A stretch of 64,000 nucleotides of DNA from Oculina patagonica. Taxonomy: Eukaryota. This document shows positions 11,301 through 23,800 of this stretch, in pieces. The stretch is from positions 868,001-932,000 of the forward strand of contig NC_135771.1 of NCBI RefSeq assembly GCF_052425735.1, given 5' to 3'. The stretch's first letter is position 1; each line of letters starts with the position of its first letter. The notes below the pieces were generated by a model. The model was not told the DNA's origin, did not search any database, and saw only the letters and a program-made list of their open reading frames with translations. A program made the translations under genes and the position numbers.

Positions 11301-14300
11301 ATCGTCGTCCCCAGGCCACTTGGAAGGTGATTTTTATTTTTAAATTATCAGACTTGAAAAATTTGTATTCAAAGGAGTTTTGATTGATACTTCCTAATCT
11401 AGACTATGTATGAGGAATAAATAACTTTCAGTTGTCATTTTATCCATCTTCTGTCCATGCATTAGTCTATCCTTCTGTTTATTTGCTCATTCGTTTATTA
11501 ATAGCTCTCTTTTATTTTGGCAGAATTAATTAGTTTGTGTCCAAACAATCTTGATGAAACTGCTAGTCGCAGAGAATCTTTTATGTTTTGGCTTTTGTCG
11601 TAACTGTCAAGGCTTTGTCTAAAGATCTTTGTGTTTTCTTTTCAGTGCTTTGCCCAGTTGGTCACAGTTCGTCCTCAAGTTCTGCAAATAGTTTAGTAGT
11701 AGCTGACACATCTAGTTTCTTCAAGTTCTGGCAGCTCCAGCACACTGTACCATTCTTTTTAATTGTTGTCCTCTTTCCACTGTGCATGGTCAAGTCACCA
11801 ACATTCTTCACAAAATTCAATTCTTTAGGTGAGGGGAGTATACACCATTTTAATAAGTCAAGGGGTCATTTTGAATTTTTATTTTTCCGCAAATGACGTC
11901 ATTAATAAAATTTTCAAAATGACACCTCGGCCTATTACAATGGTAGGTACTTTATTATAATACGTCGAGGCACAAATGAATATTTCATTAACGACGTCAT
12001 TCGCGGAAAGTTAAATATTCAAAATGGCGTCTCGACTTATTAAAATGGTATATACTGAATATAACTCTGTACATATTTACTACATTGGAATCCCAATTTC
12101 TCAACCTTTAATTTCTTGAACCTCCCAATAACTCAATGCCAAAGTTGTTTCCCTTGGAAATTTTTCACTTAGTTGGCTGTGAACAATGCAATTTTACCCC
12201 TGATCGGGACTGAAATTATGCTAAATTATGTGTAAAATTTTGTATACATGTAACTATAAAATTAATGGCCAGGATCCAGTAAATGTTAATTTGGTTCTGG
12301 GATTTAGCTTGATATAGGGCTTGAATGATGTGTTGATTTTCTACTCAGGCACCTTGTCAGTTATCTACATCATTGGCTTCATTATCACAAAAGCCAGCAT
12401 ATGGGGTGTTCACATGGATTTTAAACATGAAGATATACCAAGTAAGATATTATGAGCATATTTTTTAGTGTTACAGGACGATTTCAAACTCAGCCTTTTC
12501 TTTTTTAATATTTCATTGTAGTGTTCAAGGATGGATTCCCAGCCCTAACCGGAATTCTTACTCTGGCTTACTTTATTCACAACTGCATCCTTTCAATATT
12601 GCGGAACCAAGAACGTCCAGAAAATAATGTAAGTCATGTATGGCGCCAACTATGGCATGTTTGTTAGTAACTTAGTAGAGGATGAACACAGGAAAATTGA
12701 TATTGCTAATATCCAAGGTTGACTACCCATTATCGTAGTTTTGACCTGTGACCTCTTATACCTACAGTACATTTTTGGTAACTTTATACAGTTCAACATT
12801 TTCAATAAAGACATATTTTATCTTTCAGAAGCCTTTGCTCCTTGTTGGGTAACTCAAACAGCAATAAATTATGTGTTTTTTACGTATTCTTTGTCCAGAA
12901 TAGCACCTTGAAAAAGTGAGCCCTTGACGTTCCACAACGTATTCAGTATGTTGAAGCTTTTTTGTGCTCTGATAATGTTATTTTTCTCCCTTCTTAGGCA
13001 CGCGACCTCAGTATAGCATACTGTTTGGTAGCTTCAACCTACATGCTTGTTGGGCTGCTGTTTTTCATTACTTTTCCAAAAGATAAATCTTGTATTCAAC
13101 AGGTACTGTTTCAATAAGCACTCCAGCAGTTTTAATTTTTCAATCAATTGTTTAATTTTCAGCAAAATATTTAATATCTTGTTAAATATTGTTTTGTTTT
13201 CTTTTTAGGTTCTTCTCGATAATTTTCCTGCTCCAGATGTTATGACATTTATAGCAAGGCTCTTTCTTTTGATTCAACTAACGACTATCTTCCCTTTGGT
13301 CATGTATATAGTACGTGTACAGTTCATGTTATTTTTCTTCCAAAAATTTTATCCGAGGTGAGTCGGTTTAAAGTTTCTCTTCTTGTTACACTGTAGAATT
13401 TCTGTAGTGAGTTTGTTAACTTTATTGCATAGTTGGATATTGCTAATATCCAAGGATGGTTCAAATGTAATTTACATTCAGTACAGTAAACTCCTGCCTT
13501 GTGAACACCTTGTTATTATAGATGTTGTGTTATTGCAGACAGAAATTGAAGTCCCAGTAAATAAGAATAACTGATTTCTTCTATTATGGACACAAAAATT
13601 GTGGTCCTGAAGGTTTCTTTCTGTAGTGGGAGTTGACTGACAAAAATCCTGTAACAGAAATATTTTTCAGTAAGCAGTTGCTCACATGAGTGGTCATTTA
13701 CGGGAGCTGTGAATTGAAAAGTTCTACTGGGAATATAACAAAGCTCTGTGAATGTCGTCGCTTTGAGAGCACAAGAGTGCTCCCAACAAGAGTTTCAACT
13801 GTGCTTTCTTTCCTTTCCTCACTGAGCTCCTGTTGTTTCTGTTCTCCACAGCTTTCTTCACGTGTTTGCCCTAAACTTTGTACTTATTGCAGCGTGTGTT
13901 CTATGTGCGGTTTTTTATCCACATGTTGGCAACATTATCAGGTAACAATGCTAATAATGGAAAGTTCAGATTTTAGAAAAACCAATAGCATGTTGAGTAT
14001 CAAACCTTTTCTTCTTTACTTCTAGTGGCACTGCAACCCTGTCAGACATTAATTATTAGTGATACATGTGGCTGAGAGAATCTCTTTGGAGATCAGGACA
14101 ATATCTGCAAACTTATAACTATCATCACTGTTCTCATCCCTGCTGTAGCCCAATGGTTAGCGGGTTGGACTCTGGATCGCGTAGCATGGGTTCAGGTGCT
14201 AGCTGGGGGCATTGTCCCCCTCCCCCACCCCTGACCCAATGCATTGTTAGGACAACCTAACAAAATGAAGGGGCTTATCTGCGATTGACTTGCAGGCCAC

Positions 14301-14801
14301 CCAGGGGTGGGGTGTGGAGAAGCAGTACTCCTATAGGATAATCTCTGGAAATGTGAGCTATTTGGCCCCCCCATGGGTGTACCCTGCAATACAGGCATAT
14401 TTTAGCAAGCGGGCGCATTTTGATCAGGGAGCGCCATCTTGGATTCAAACTCAGAAGAAGCTTGGGGAGTCAGATAAAAAGCGTCCTATGGAGTAGGAAT
14501 GAGGCTACCGGTAAATTAAAAACATCATAAACGTCTGCATTGCAGGCTAGTCTGCGTACTACTTAAGCTTTAAGTGTTTTTCCCTCAAGTTAACACAGCA
14601 AATTAAAGCTTTTTAAACTTTCTCTTTAGGTATGTGGGATCATTAAGTGGACTGGCATACAACTACTCGCTCCCATGCATTGTGTATATGATAATTCAGA
14701 AACGAAGAGGGAAGCTGTCATGGCCGAGTGCTGTGTTTCATTCTCTCATTGTTGTACTTGGAGTTCTAAATTTTATGTCTCAATTCTTTGTCACAGCGTG
14801 A
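5284..14801 (+). CDS. SLC38A9: Sodium-coupled neutral amino acid transporter 9 (lysosomal arginine sensor), 14 coding exons, 562 aa
   Basis: GT-AG exons with consistent phases: 5284-5384, 7353-7551, 8603-8688, 9117-9180, 9847-9940, 10435-10602, 11249-11326, 11646-11828, 12349-12441, 12522-12628, 12998-13102, 13209-13357, 13852-13941, 14630-14801 (1689 nt). The translation has SLC38A9 hallmarks: KPFHY, [75 protein letters not shown]. Confidence 0.95.
5443..7185 (+). mobile_element. Composite non-autonomous element (pearl/HINE-like) with internal tandem repeats and (CCAA)n, in SLC38A9 intron 1
   Basis: CpG-rich block with three partial tandem units (~6110-6445, ~6685-6980, ~6977-7108), (CCAA)n at 7124-7150, a 3' hairpin GTCGGG-CTAC-CCACGAC and a tRNA-like piece at ~5965-6030. 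Boundaries are approximate. Confidence 0.5.
7590..7895 (+). mobile_element. tRNA-derived SINE (CORE-like central block), CpG-decayed, in SLC38A9 intron 2
   Basis: Degenerate A/B boxes (GGTGGCCTTACTGTT; GGCTTGAGCCC), a TTCTTGGGCAAAACACTTA block, CTCTCCACCCAG and a (TTACC)n tail. Related remnants lie at ~14145-14375 and ~3605-3935. Confidence 0.75.
8010..8418 (-). mobile_element. tRNA-derived SINE (Deu/Nin-like domain) in SLC38A9 intron 2
   Basis: Minus strand starts with a tRNA-like head (GTTAGCTCTGTTGGTAGAGC...GGTTCGAGTCC), has a GGGACGTTAAAGAACCCAC central block and a (TTCAG)-like tail. Confidence 0.75.
9209..9385. mobile_element. MITE with CAG..CTG ends and 5-bp TSD (hAT5-like)
   Basis: CAGGGCTGTAC / GTACCGCCCTG; ATAAA on both sides. 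Confidence 0.55.
9420..9609. mobile_element. MITE, same family as 2790-2979
   Basis: Same TIRs and homologous interior. Confidence 0.75.
10065..10135. repeat. Imperfect palindrome within an interspersed repeat
   Basis: TTGGATATGAGAT...ATAGTCAAC / GTTGGCTAT...ATCTCATATCCAA. Confidence 0.6.
11837..12056. mobile_element. Palindromic MITE 8 bp into SLC38A9 intron 8
   Basis: AGTATACACCATTTTAATAAGTC / GACTTATTAAAATGGTATATACT, with imperfect inverted similarity continuing inward. Confidence 0.75.
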
Positions 14802-15898
14802 TATATTGTACAAGAGTTCAGTTTTACCTAAGCCGTAGTGTTATTTATTGGGTAGAGTTCTTATTTGTCTTATTGCAAAAAATCATTTTTAAGTCAGAGA
14901 TAGGTCACGCGTTTTGTGACTGTTAATTCGCTAAAACTAGTTAACATTGCTGAGTGCTGGTCACAAAGTTGGGTCTCAACTGTATGGTTAACAGGGTATG
15001 ATGAGGTATCAAGGAAAATTTTTAACAAATTTAGTTGACTGTGAAAGCGAATCATCACAGAAGTATAGCTGAGAAATCTGGGTGAAGGAAAGTCAATTTT
15101 CAAGTGATATAATGGTTTTATAGTGTCGATTGTCGGGTAGACGTACTTCGTCAAAGTTCAAATAATCTAAATTACTAATTTTGTACCTTTGGAGCATTAT
15201 TTATTTAGTAAGGGAATACCAACGTAGAAATTTATAAAAATATAAAAAGTAACACTCTCCGAAAATTAGTCTTGCGATTGTGCACAATGAACAGAATTGC
15301 ATTTATTGAAATATTTAAAATAAGGTCCTTTGTGTAAAGTAAAGGGGTTCAAATTTATTGAATTCATAAAAATGTTTTTCAGTTTCATGGGGTTACTATT
15401 AAATTTAAATAAAAAATATTTAAAATGTCGGGCCTTTTTGTTAAATAGAAGGGTTCAAATTATATTTTAGACAAAACAGAGTTTCTTAGTTTTATATTCA
15501 TGGTATCAGAATAAAAGATTTTTTTCTAAAATTTAAATGCTTCTTGAATGTCTTCCCGTTATTCTTGAATGTCTTTCCGGTATGTTGTATCTCTGCGTTT
15601 GTTAGGATATATGAACATTTACAGACCATTGGCAGCAGCGAGAACATACAAATATAGCAATGAACTCTGATAATTTTAGCAAGCAGTCACCAAATCCCTT
15701 TCTATTTGTGTGTAATCACTGGATTATGCGAACCCGTCCCCAGTCTTTTCTCTCGTCTTTCAGAGGTCACGCGCGCCAAGGGTGTGGTAAGCGCGCGAAG
15801 TGAGCGTTCTTTTTCTTCGCCCCTCGCGCTCGTCGCCTGAAAGACTAAGATGTTTTTGGTCCCACATTGACGCGGCATAAACTTTTCTATTGAAACTT

Positions 15899-16135
15899 GG
15901 GGGAGCAGGGATGGCGCAGTTGTGAGAGCGCTCCCCGCCCACCAATGTGGCCCTGTGTCGACCCGGTGCCATATGTGGGTTGAGTTTGTTGTTAGTTCTC
16001 GCCTGGCTCCGAAGGCTTTTTTCCGGTTTTCCTCTCTTCCGATAAACCAACATTTCCAATTCGACCTACATAGAGGACCTGCACGAAAACCAGCTAGAGA
16101 TAATGTGGCTTCCTCTGTAAATATATCAATTTATT
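15899..16135 (+). mobile_element. Degenerate tRNA-derived SINE (V-domain-like)
   Basis: GGATGGCGCAGTTGTGAGAGC head and GTGGGTTGAGTTTGTTGTT...CCGGTTTTCCTC block. Homologous to 54244-54541. Confidence 0.75.
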
Positions 16136-16240
16136 GACTTTCACTTAACTTATTCCTTGATGCATTGTGTGTGTTTTATTGCATTTGTTCATTAAACAGC
16201 CAAAGCATTTAAAGATACATTTGAAGCTTTGAAGTAACTT

Positions 16241-16705
16241 CATGAGAAAATGAAAGGACAGAGTTTTGCTCTCTTACTCTCATTTTTTCTCATCATGAAT
16301 GAGGAAGTGAACAGATGTGAGGGAGGGGACAATTGTGGACGGAAGGAGACCGAGTACTGCACCCCCCCCCATCAACTCATGAGGGGAAAAGTGATCAGTG
16401 TATCGCGTGCGGAAACCACCCAAGGCTGCGACCCGACTCCCCGTGGAGACGGAAAAGCAGCAGGAGGACCACCATCTCTTCCCTTGACCCCCAGACCGGA
16501 TGCGGCCACGGCTTAGCGTCGGCGTGTCGCGCGCGGGCCGCTCCAGCGGCGGGCGGAGGAGACGGCGACCGGGGCCTCCGACCCCCGCCCATCCTGCCCC
16601 GCCCCGGAGACGGGGAGGGGGGGGGGGGGGGGCCCGGCCGCGAGATAGGGAAGGCGGGAGGGGGGGCGGGCGCCGCAGAAAGAGATGAGCGGCTCAGGAG
16701 CCCTT
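16241..16705. other. GC/CpG-rich multi-hairpin island with G-quadruplex potential (island C)
   Basis: Very GC-rich 3' half inside AT-rich intergenic DNA, nested stems, and a G16 run at 16617-16632. Confidence 0.7.
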
Positions 16706-17866
16706 TGATTTTAACATCGAGTTTTCTTGAAAGAAAAAAGCATAAGTGTTAAACTTTTAATTCATCAGTAATAAATATTTTACTTTTTATTAGCTTTAAA
16801 TATATATAATAATAATAATTCTACATTTCTAGGGTATAATGGGCTCCCTTTCAGGGTATTTTCGACATCTAGCCTTTAGACGTTTTTTCTCGACGCTTAC
16901 TCCCAAAAAAAAAAGACGTCAGCGGGAGTAAGCGACCAGAAGATACGTCCAAACTGTAGGCTGCATTTTTTATCCCTTACAATAGCGTGGTGTGTTTCCA
17001 TTGAAGTAAATATATAAGTATAAAAGATAGAACATCATCACTAAATGACCACCTTTTAAATCTTCCATGGAAAAATAATATATACTAAAATATACCATAT
17101 TGCAATACTTTTATTCTACATTAATACAATTGTAACTTAAATCTTTATTAAGGAAAGAAATTAAAACTCGATCGTATTCAATTACGCATTAATAGATGGA
17201 TTTCTATGTAAGAATTTTTGGCACTTACTCGATTCTCTTAAATTATGGATTGTTTCGCAAAATGCAATTTTCCTTTAATATTTACATTCACAGGCAAGCA
17301 ATAACATTTTAACTGAACAATTAAACAATAAAAAAATCACCAATAAATATAAAATAAAATAAAGATCTATTCCTGTAACTTCAGCTATTAAATTGTCGAA
17401 TATTTTTAAACTACCGCTAACGAAAATACGTTTTTTATTCTGTTATTATATTTTTTTCTTTATCAGCAATTTCTATTAGTTAATCGGCAAAAAGGCTCCC
17501 TTCGTTTTCGCCTATTTTTACTCATAGCTAAATCGTACAAATATGGAGAGTAGTGGTTCACATAGTCTCGCTGCATCAAAAACCGTTGCTTAGAGCGAAA
17601 ATGTGTTAAGTTACCTCCATCGAAAAGCGTGGTCTTTTCAAGCAAAATCTCGCTTTTTCGCCTCAGTGAGGATTGAAAGACCTTGAAACACAAGAAAATG
17701 CCTAACCAAGCTAAATTAGTAAATTTATATTAAATATTCACTGAATTAATAATACTCATATTATTAAATGGCGAAACTTTATATTTTAACTACTTCGAAT
17801 GATCATTATCAAACTGCGAGATAATACAATGCATACATTGATTATTGTTCTTTTTTTTTTTTTCAT

Positions 17867-20800
17867 TTAAATGTTATTTGACCCATCACTGGAGAAGTCT
17901 ACAAGCTCTTCGTATTCTTCTTCATTGTAGATGACGTCATCCAGTCCAGCCTCCTCGTATTGCTGATACTCGGCGATGAGGTCATTCATGTTAGAGTCCG
18001 CCTGAAATTCACACACGAGTTAGAATAACAGGTAATTATTTTCCCCGTAAAATGATTTAAAATCCCACTTATGTCTTAAGGTTTTAACAATTTAATTCAC
18101 ATAAACGTTTGAGAGGGATTTTTTTTAGAGCTGAATGGTTGTTTTCGCACTACAACGGGTTCATACGCGGATGAAATACGAATCTGTAGACTTTTCTTTC
18201 TTTCATTCCATCCATCCTTCCTTCCTTCTTTCTTTTTTTTACTTTGTTTTTGTTGTCTTAAAGCATCTTACATTCAGAAGTCAACTTCAAATGAGAAATG
18301 AATTTAAGAAATCGTGCTAATTGAACTTTTTAAATAGAGTAATTGAGAAACACTTTGGAGTAGAAATCAGCGAAATCAGTTGTGAACGTTGTGTCGTCCT
18401 CGAAACAGCATAACAAGTTCAAAATGTCAGTCAAATGTCAAATGTGCTAAAGCATTTATGAAAATAGTGTTATTATGCTGTCATGAGGATGGCGAAATGT
18501 TGTTCGCTATTGGTCGATTTCGCTAGTTTTCATTTGCAGATTAAACTTCCACTGGGTATTTCCTTCTTCCGGTCCAGTAATCATCCGGGAAATTTTAACT
18601 TACAATAATTTGACCAATCAGAAAGGTGTTTATATTGTATACTACAGAGATAACCAATGAGAGCGTTTGTTCTATCGCTAGGGCAAGCGCGCGGAAAGGC
18701 GGGAACTTTGCTTTGTTGCGTCACAACTTCAGTAAACTTTCTTTGAGTAGTTTGCTGGAACAAACGCGTCGCTACTTTAGTTTTTTTTGCCTCGATATTT
18801 TCAAATTTTCAAGCTTCCCTTCGTGTATTGCGGTCTATATCTAGTGAGTGCTACACTACATGGAGTATAGCTGTTTCAACGGTTTGAATATTGCCAACAA
18901 ACTGCACCGAGAAGTTGCTTGAGGAAAAGACAAGCGGAGCTTTTACCGGCGGGACTTGATGACAGGAATGGAGAAAGGTGGAAAAAGGTTAGTTTCTCAT
19001 TTATTTTTTAGTTTTCTTAGCCCAATTAGATTTAGAAAAGACAATCACAAAAGCCGGAATTTTCAATTACTTGTAACTGCCTAGTTCAGCATCGTTTATA
19101 AACGCAGCTAGCTATAAATTTTCAATGAAGCTCGGAGTTTTGACGCAAGTCAAGTCAACTTCATAATATGTTGGGAACGAGTTGTGATCTCGACATTATT
19201 TATAGTTTTATTTTTCCGTTTTCTTTTTGTCGTTGCAAAAATTGTCATGATATAAGTATTTTGTTTAATTCGCAAGTCGGTTAGACCCGAAACGAAAAAG
19301 CAATTTCTTGACTTCTTAACGAAACTGTACAACAGTAAAAGACGAAAGTAAGCTTAAGTCGGCGATGAAAACCATTCAAATTTGTTGAAGAAAATTTTTA
19401 AAAAATCTGAAGAAAACTGATATTTGATTATGGATCATCAATTGTCATTTCTGAATCAAACCGGGTGAACAAAAAACTAAAAACGTAACAGCCAAAATTT
19501 AAGGCATTCTGTTTGAAGTTTAATTAAAACAAAAATATAGTGGTGTTTTCAAAAGGCTCACGGAAGATCTTTAAACAAATTGTATTTTGATAAACAATTT
19601 CGGCAGTCGAGCTTTGGATAGCCGAATGGAATGAGGACACTCAAAGAAAACATACATTGATAATTTGAGTTGTAAAAATTTCACACGACAACCTGTCAAA
19701 AATAGCAGCTAAAACGGTTACAAAGGAACTCATTACAATTTCACAGTGTAATTCCAAATCTTCAACAGGTTATGAGCCGTTGAGCTACGATTCTTGATCT
19801 GTATGAAGCGTTGTTGCTAACAGGTCATGCTGGGAATGGTTCATTTTATACCCGTTATGCAGCGAGAAAGAGATAGTATACAATATATTTGATTTCATAT
19901 ATTCACCCACGCAAGAGAATACTGATGAAAGCGAACTTCGTAGTACCGAAACAGAAAAAAACGGCCCAGAAAAGAGAAAAATACTTGCAAAAATACCTCC
20001 GTAAACTCCATGACATCCATTCCTTCAGTCGTATACCAGTGGAGGAAAGCTCTCCTTCTAAACATGGCAGAAAACTGGTCTGTGAATCTTTTGAACGCCT
20101 CTTGTATAGCGGTGCTGTTGTATAGAAAGGTGGCGGACGTTTTTTGTCCTTTAGGAGGCACATTACACACGGCTGTTTTCATATTATTCGGAATCCATTC
20201 CACAAAAGAAGACGAATGCGCATTTTGCATCTCGGAGATGGTTTCCTCGACTTCTCTCATAGCGAGCTGACCTCTGAACATAGCTGCAGCCGTCAGGTAT
20301 CTTCCCTGCCGTGGATCACAAGCTACCATCATGTTTTGAGGTCCAAACATGTTGCTTGTTAGCTCAGAGATGCCATATGATCTGTAGCTTTGCGAGTTTT
20401 GGCTGATAAGTGGCGCGTGAGAAGGAATGAAAAAATGAAGTCGAGGAAATGGAACCATGTTTACTGCGAGTTTCCTGAGGTCTGCGTTCAGCTGTGGAGA
20501 TCAAATCGTCGGTAAGTCCCTTTGTTTTAATATTACTCATAAATTTAACATTTTTTAATTGCCGGGGTATGTTCCCTTGCATATAAGGAATATTTAGACA
20601 GTGTCTTTTCAAACCCGTCAAATTCAAGCGCCACTCAATTATTACTTTGTTGTTGTTCGTTGCTGGTTAAGAGAACTCTTAAACGCTAAACTTTTAATCA
20701 TCGGTGAAAATGTATCATTTACTTAGTTAAAAACTCAGTAAATGATACATTTTCACTGATGTTTAAAAATCATTTATCGAGGGAGTGACTAATCAATTGC

Positions 20801-23800
20801 GGATCCAGACCTTCAGATAAGGGAGGGGGGGGGATCATCTAGACCCTAGAAAAAGGGGGGTCTCGTTCTCAAAAAAATAATTGGCCCTTCGGGCCTCTAT
20901 TTGTTCTTAATATGGGGGGGGGGGGATCAGGCCCCCCGGGCCCTCCCCTAGATCCACCACTGCTAATAGCCTATTTATCTAGGAAATATGCTTACTCCCG
21001 AACGCGTTTCCTTAAAAATGAGCGCGGTAACTGCAGGAAAACTCGTTTTGAAGAAAAATTCTAATGTTCTAATGGGAATTTCAAATCCAAGAAGCTTTTG
21101 AAGAAAAGCTTTTAAGTTTCGTACCTGACCAGGATAGCGAAGCGATGTCGTAACCCCTGCCATAGTTGTGGCCACTAATTTGTTCAATTCGCTATAGGTG
21201 GGCGTCTTCAGTTTTAAAACGTTCGAACAGATATGATACAAAGCTTCATTATCGATACAAATAGCTGCATCTGCAATGTCCACAAGATGATGAAAGCTCA
21301 GTGTCGCATTATAAGGCTCAGTTACTGTTTCAGACACTCTTGGCGAAGGCAGCACGCAGAAACTGCTCAGCAGTCTATCCGGGTATTCTTCGCGAATTTT
21401 TGACATTAAAAGCGAGCCAAGACCAGAGCCAGTTCCTCCTCCTAGTGAGTGAGCTACTTGAAAACCCTGAACACAATCGCAGAATTCCGCAAGTTTTCGT
21501 ATGCAGTCCATTCCTGATTCCAAAAGTTCGGAACCTTCTGTGTAAAATCCTTTGGCCCAATTGTTCGCTGCGCTGCTCTGACCTGCATCAGGGATTAAGC
21601 AAAAATCATTCATTAATATTGTTAAAACAAATTTTTAACAAAATAAAGTAACCGCGCATTCAAATCACCAGCTATAAGCACTTGGCAACCCATCGCATTG
21701 TTCTGATGACTACGTAGGCCCTGGAAACAGTCTGAAAACACCAGTGTCTTTCACGAATCATTTACCAAAAAAGCGTAAAACTTTATTAAAATAAGACTGT
21801 CCCAATTAAATAACAAGAAGTTCTGTATAATTTTACTGGCTCTTTTGTATTTTGGCGTGTGCCAACGTGTAGCAATCAGTACTACACACTGAAATGATTA
21901 ACTGTCATATAGAGAAAGAAGAGAAGAAGTCTTAAAGTTGTTTCGGTATTTCGTTCATTTACTAAGAAGAGAAAGAATAGCGGCTTCTTCGAGCAAATAA
22001 AGGGTCGAAAGTGCAACATATGTGAAGCTCCTTCCTATTGCAAATTTTACGCAATGTTGCGACCTTGGAAACCCGCTTCCCGCCCTTTCCTTTCCCCGCC
22101 TCCATTCTCACCCCCTTCCTGATTCCCTCACCCTATCCCCCTTTAAACTCACCGCATATGCAGTTGTCAGGGCTGAAAAGACCTCCGTACTTTGAGGAAC
22201 GGAGCGAGTCGATTGAGCCTGGCTCCAGGTCCAGGCATGCTGCTCTCGGGATGTACCTGCCATCTACATACACAAAAGAAAGTATCTAGTTTTCACAAAA
22301 CAGTTCTTTAACATACATTTGGTGTGCGTTAATCTCGATAGGATCATAATAAAACTCACGTAATAAGAAACAGAGATCTATATTCTCTGAACAGATTTTG
22401 TTTATTTACCACTGAGGTGAACAATTATTTTATACTTTAAATCATCGAATAGCTATTAGCGGTTAAAAGAGGCAACTTCGCGGGCACTTTTCGCAAACTC
22501 TTGATAACTTGATAAAATGACCGCCACTTAAGTTGGTGCGCGATAAAACACACATCACTTTTAAAGCTAGTGCTCAGGGAATAAGAGAATATGCTTTATT
22601 AAGCTGTTCATCCTTCGAAATTAAATCTTATGGGCCCTTTTTATGAAATCTGAAATCAACTAACGCCAGGCAGGCAATGTCATTGCAATTATTACTCACC
22701 CGCTGTTTCGTTAAAGTAAACATTGAGTCTATCCTGTTGATTTGTAGTTTTTCCTGTGCAGTATCCATCTGGCGTTATGCCGTGCTCTTCGGAGATCATT
22801 TCCCAAAACTACATTCAGGTAAATAAAACGAATTACTCGGAGTAAACTAAAAAACAAACTCTGAACAGTATGCATAAGCTTTGCCCAGGCCTTGATTTTT
22901 TTCTGTGAATTCTAAAACTTGTATAAATCTCGAATTCGAGTCGATTCGCCTAAGTGTTCGATATTTGAGTCATTTATAGTCAATAAAGCATGCCCTGTTT
23001 GCGGCTGGAACGTTAAACGTTTAGTTTATTTTCTATTCGTTTATCTAGAAAATTGCTTTCAAGCAGTTTTTAAAACTAAAAAATGTGTAGCTTATTAATG
23101 AATAAAGGCGAAAATTTGAGAAGGCCTTTAGGGGAAAATAACTTCAATATAAAGACCTGATATTGTGATTTCAGTTAAGGCCTTTAGCAGGTGAATTAGC
23201 AACCGCCTTAAGCTTGCTACAGGTGACCGAATCTTTATCTTGTAGTAAAGTCAAAAAAATTCTTTGCTTCAGACTAAAATATCTTAAACTGTGATCTTTA
23301 ACTTTTCTGACAGTTATATCAATGATTATGTTCGACTACTACTCGCTTGTTATTAGTGAAAAAATGACAGTTCTTGTTGAAGTTTGTTTTCTGATTTGTT
23401 TTTACTAGACCAGTTTCTCTACGAAAGAACAAAAGCGAAGGGTTCTAACACAGCTTTTAAATAAGAGACCTGCTCTTCATTTGGCAGGTGGCCTAAAGGA
23501 AAATATCCTGATATTGCAGCTTCTGTTCGTTAAAAATTGCCTTTCAGATTTAGGGAACATGACAAAATGCTAGCGTACCCCGAAGCGTTTATACACCGTA
23601 GACACAGTCATTTTGTGTGTGTGTGAACAATCAATCAAACCTCATTTGAATTTTGTTTAAGGCTACGTGAACCCTACCGCAACGGTAATTTGCGTTTAAT
23701 TGACAAAGAACAACTGAAATGAAATTCATTGATCATGTCTTTAAACAAGTTCTAAACTGTACAGTGTTGCTCGAATGCTTTCGATGTGCTGCTCAGCTGA

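Noticed and set aside
16259-16274. AGAGTTTTGCTCT resembling telomerase RNA P6.1
   Set aside because: The conserved loop G is missing, and no CTAACCCT template or H/ACA arrangement is present.
16250-16752. Gly/Arg/Pro-rich ORFs
   Set aside because: Low-complexity translation of GC-rich island C; no splice or homology support.
19922-19953. CTGATGA...GAAAC spacing
   Set aside because: No stem II, stem III or NUH cleavage site.
21703-21735. CTGATGA...GAAACAGTC hammerhead-like core
   Set aside because: Stems I and II do not pair convincingly; at most a decayed remnant.
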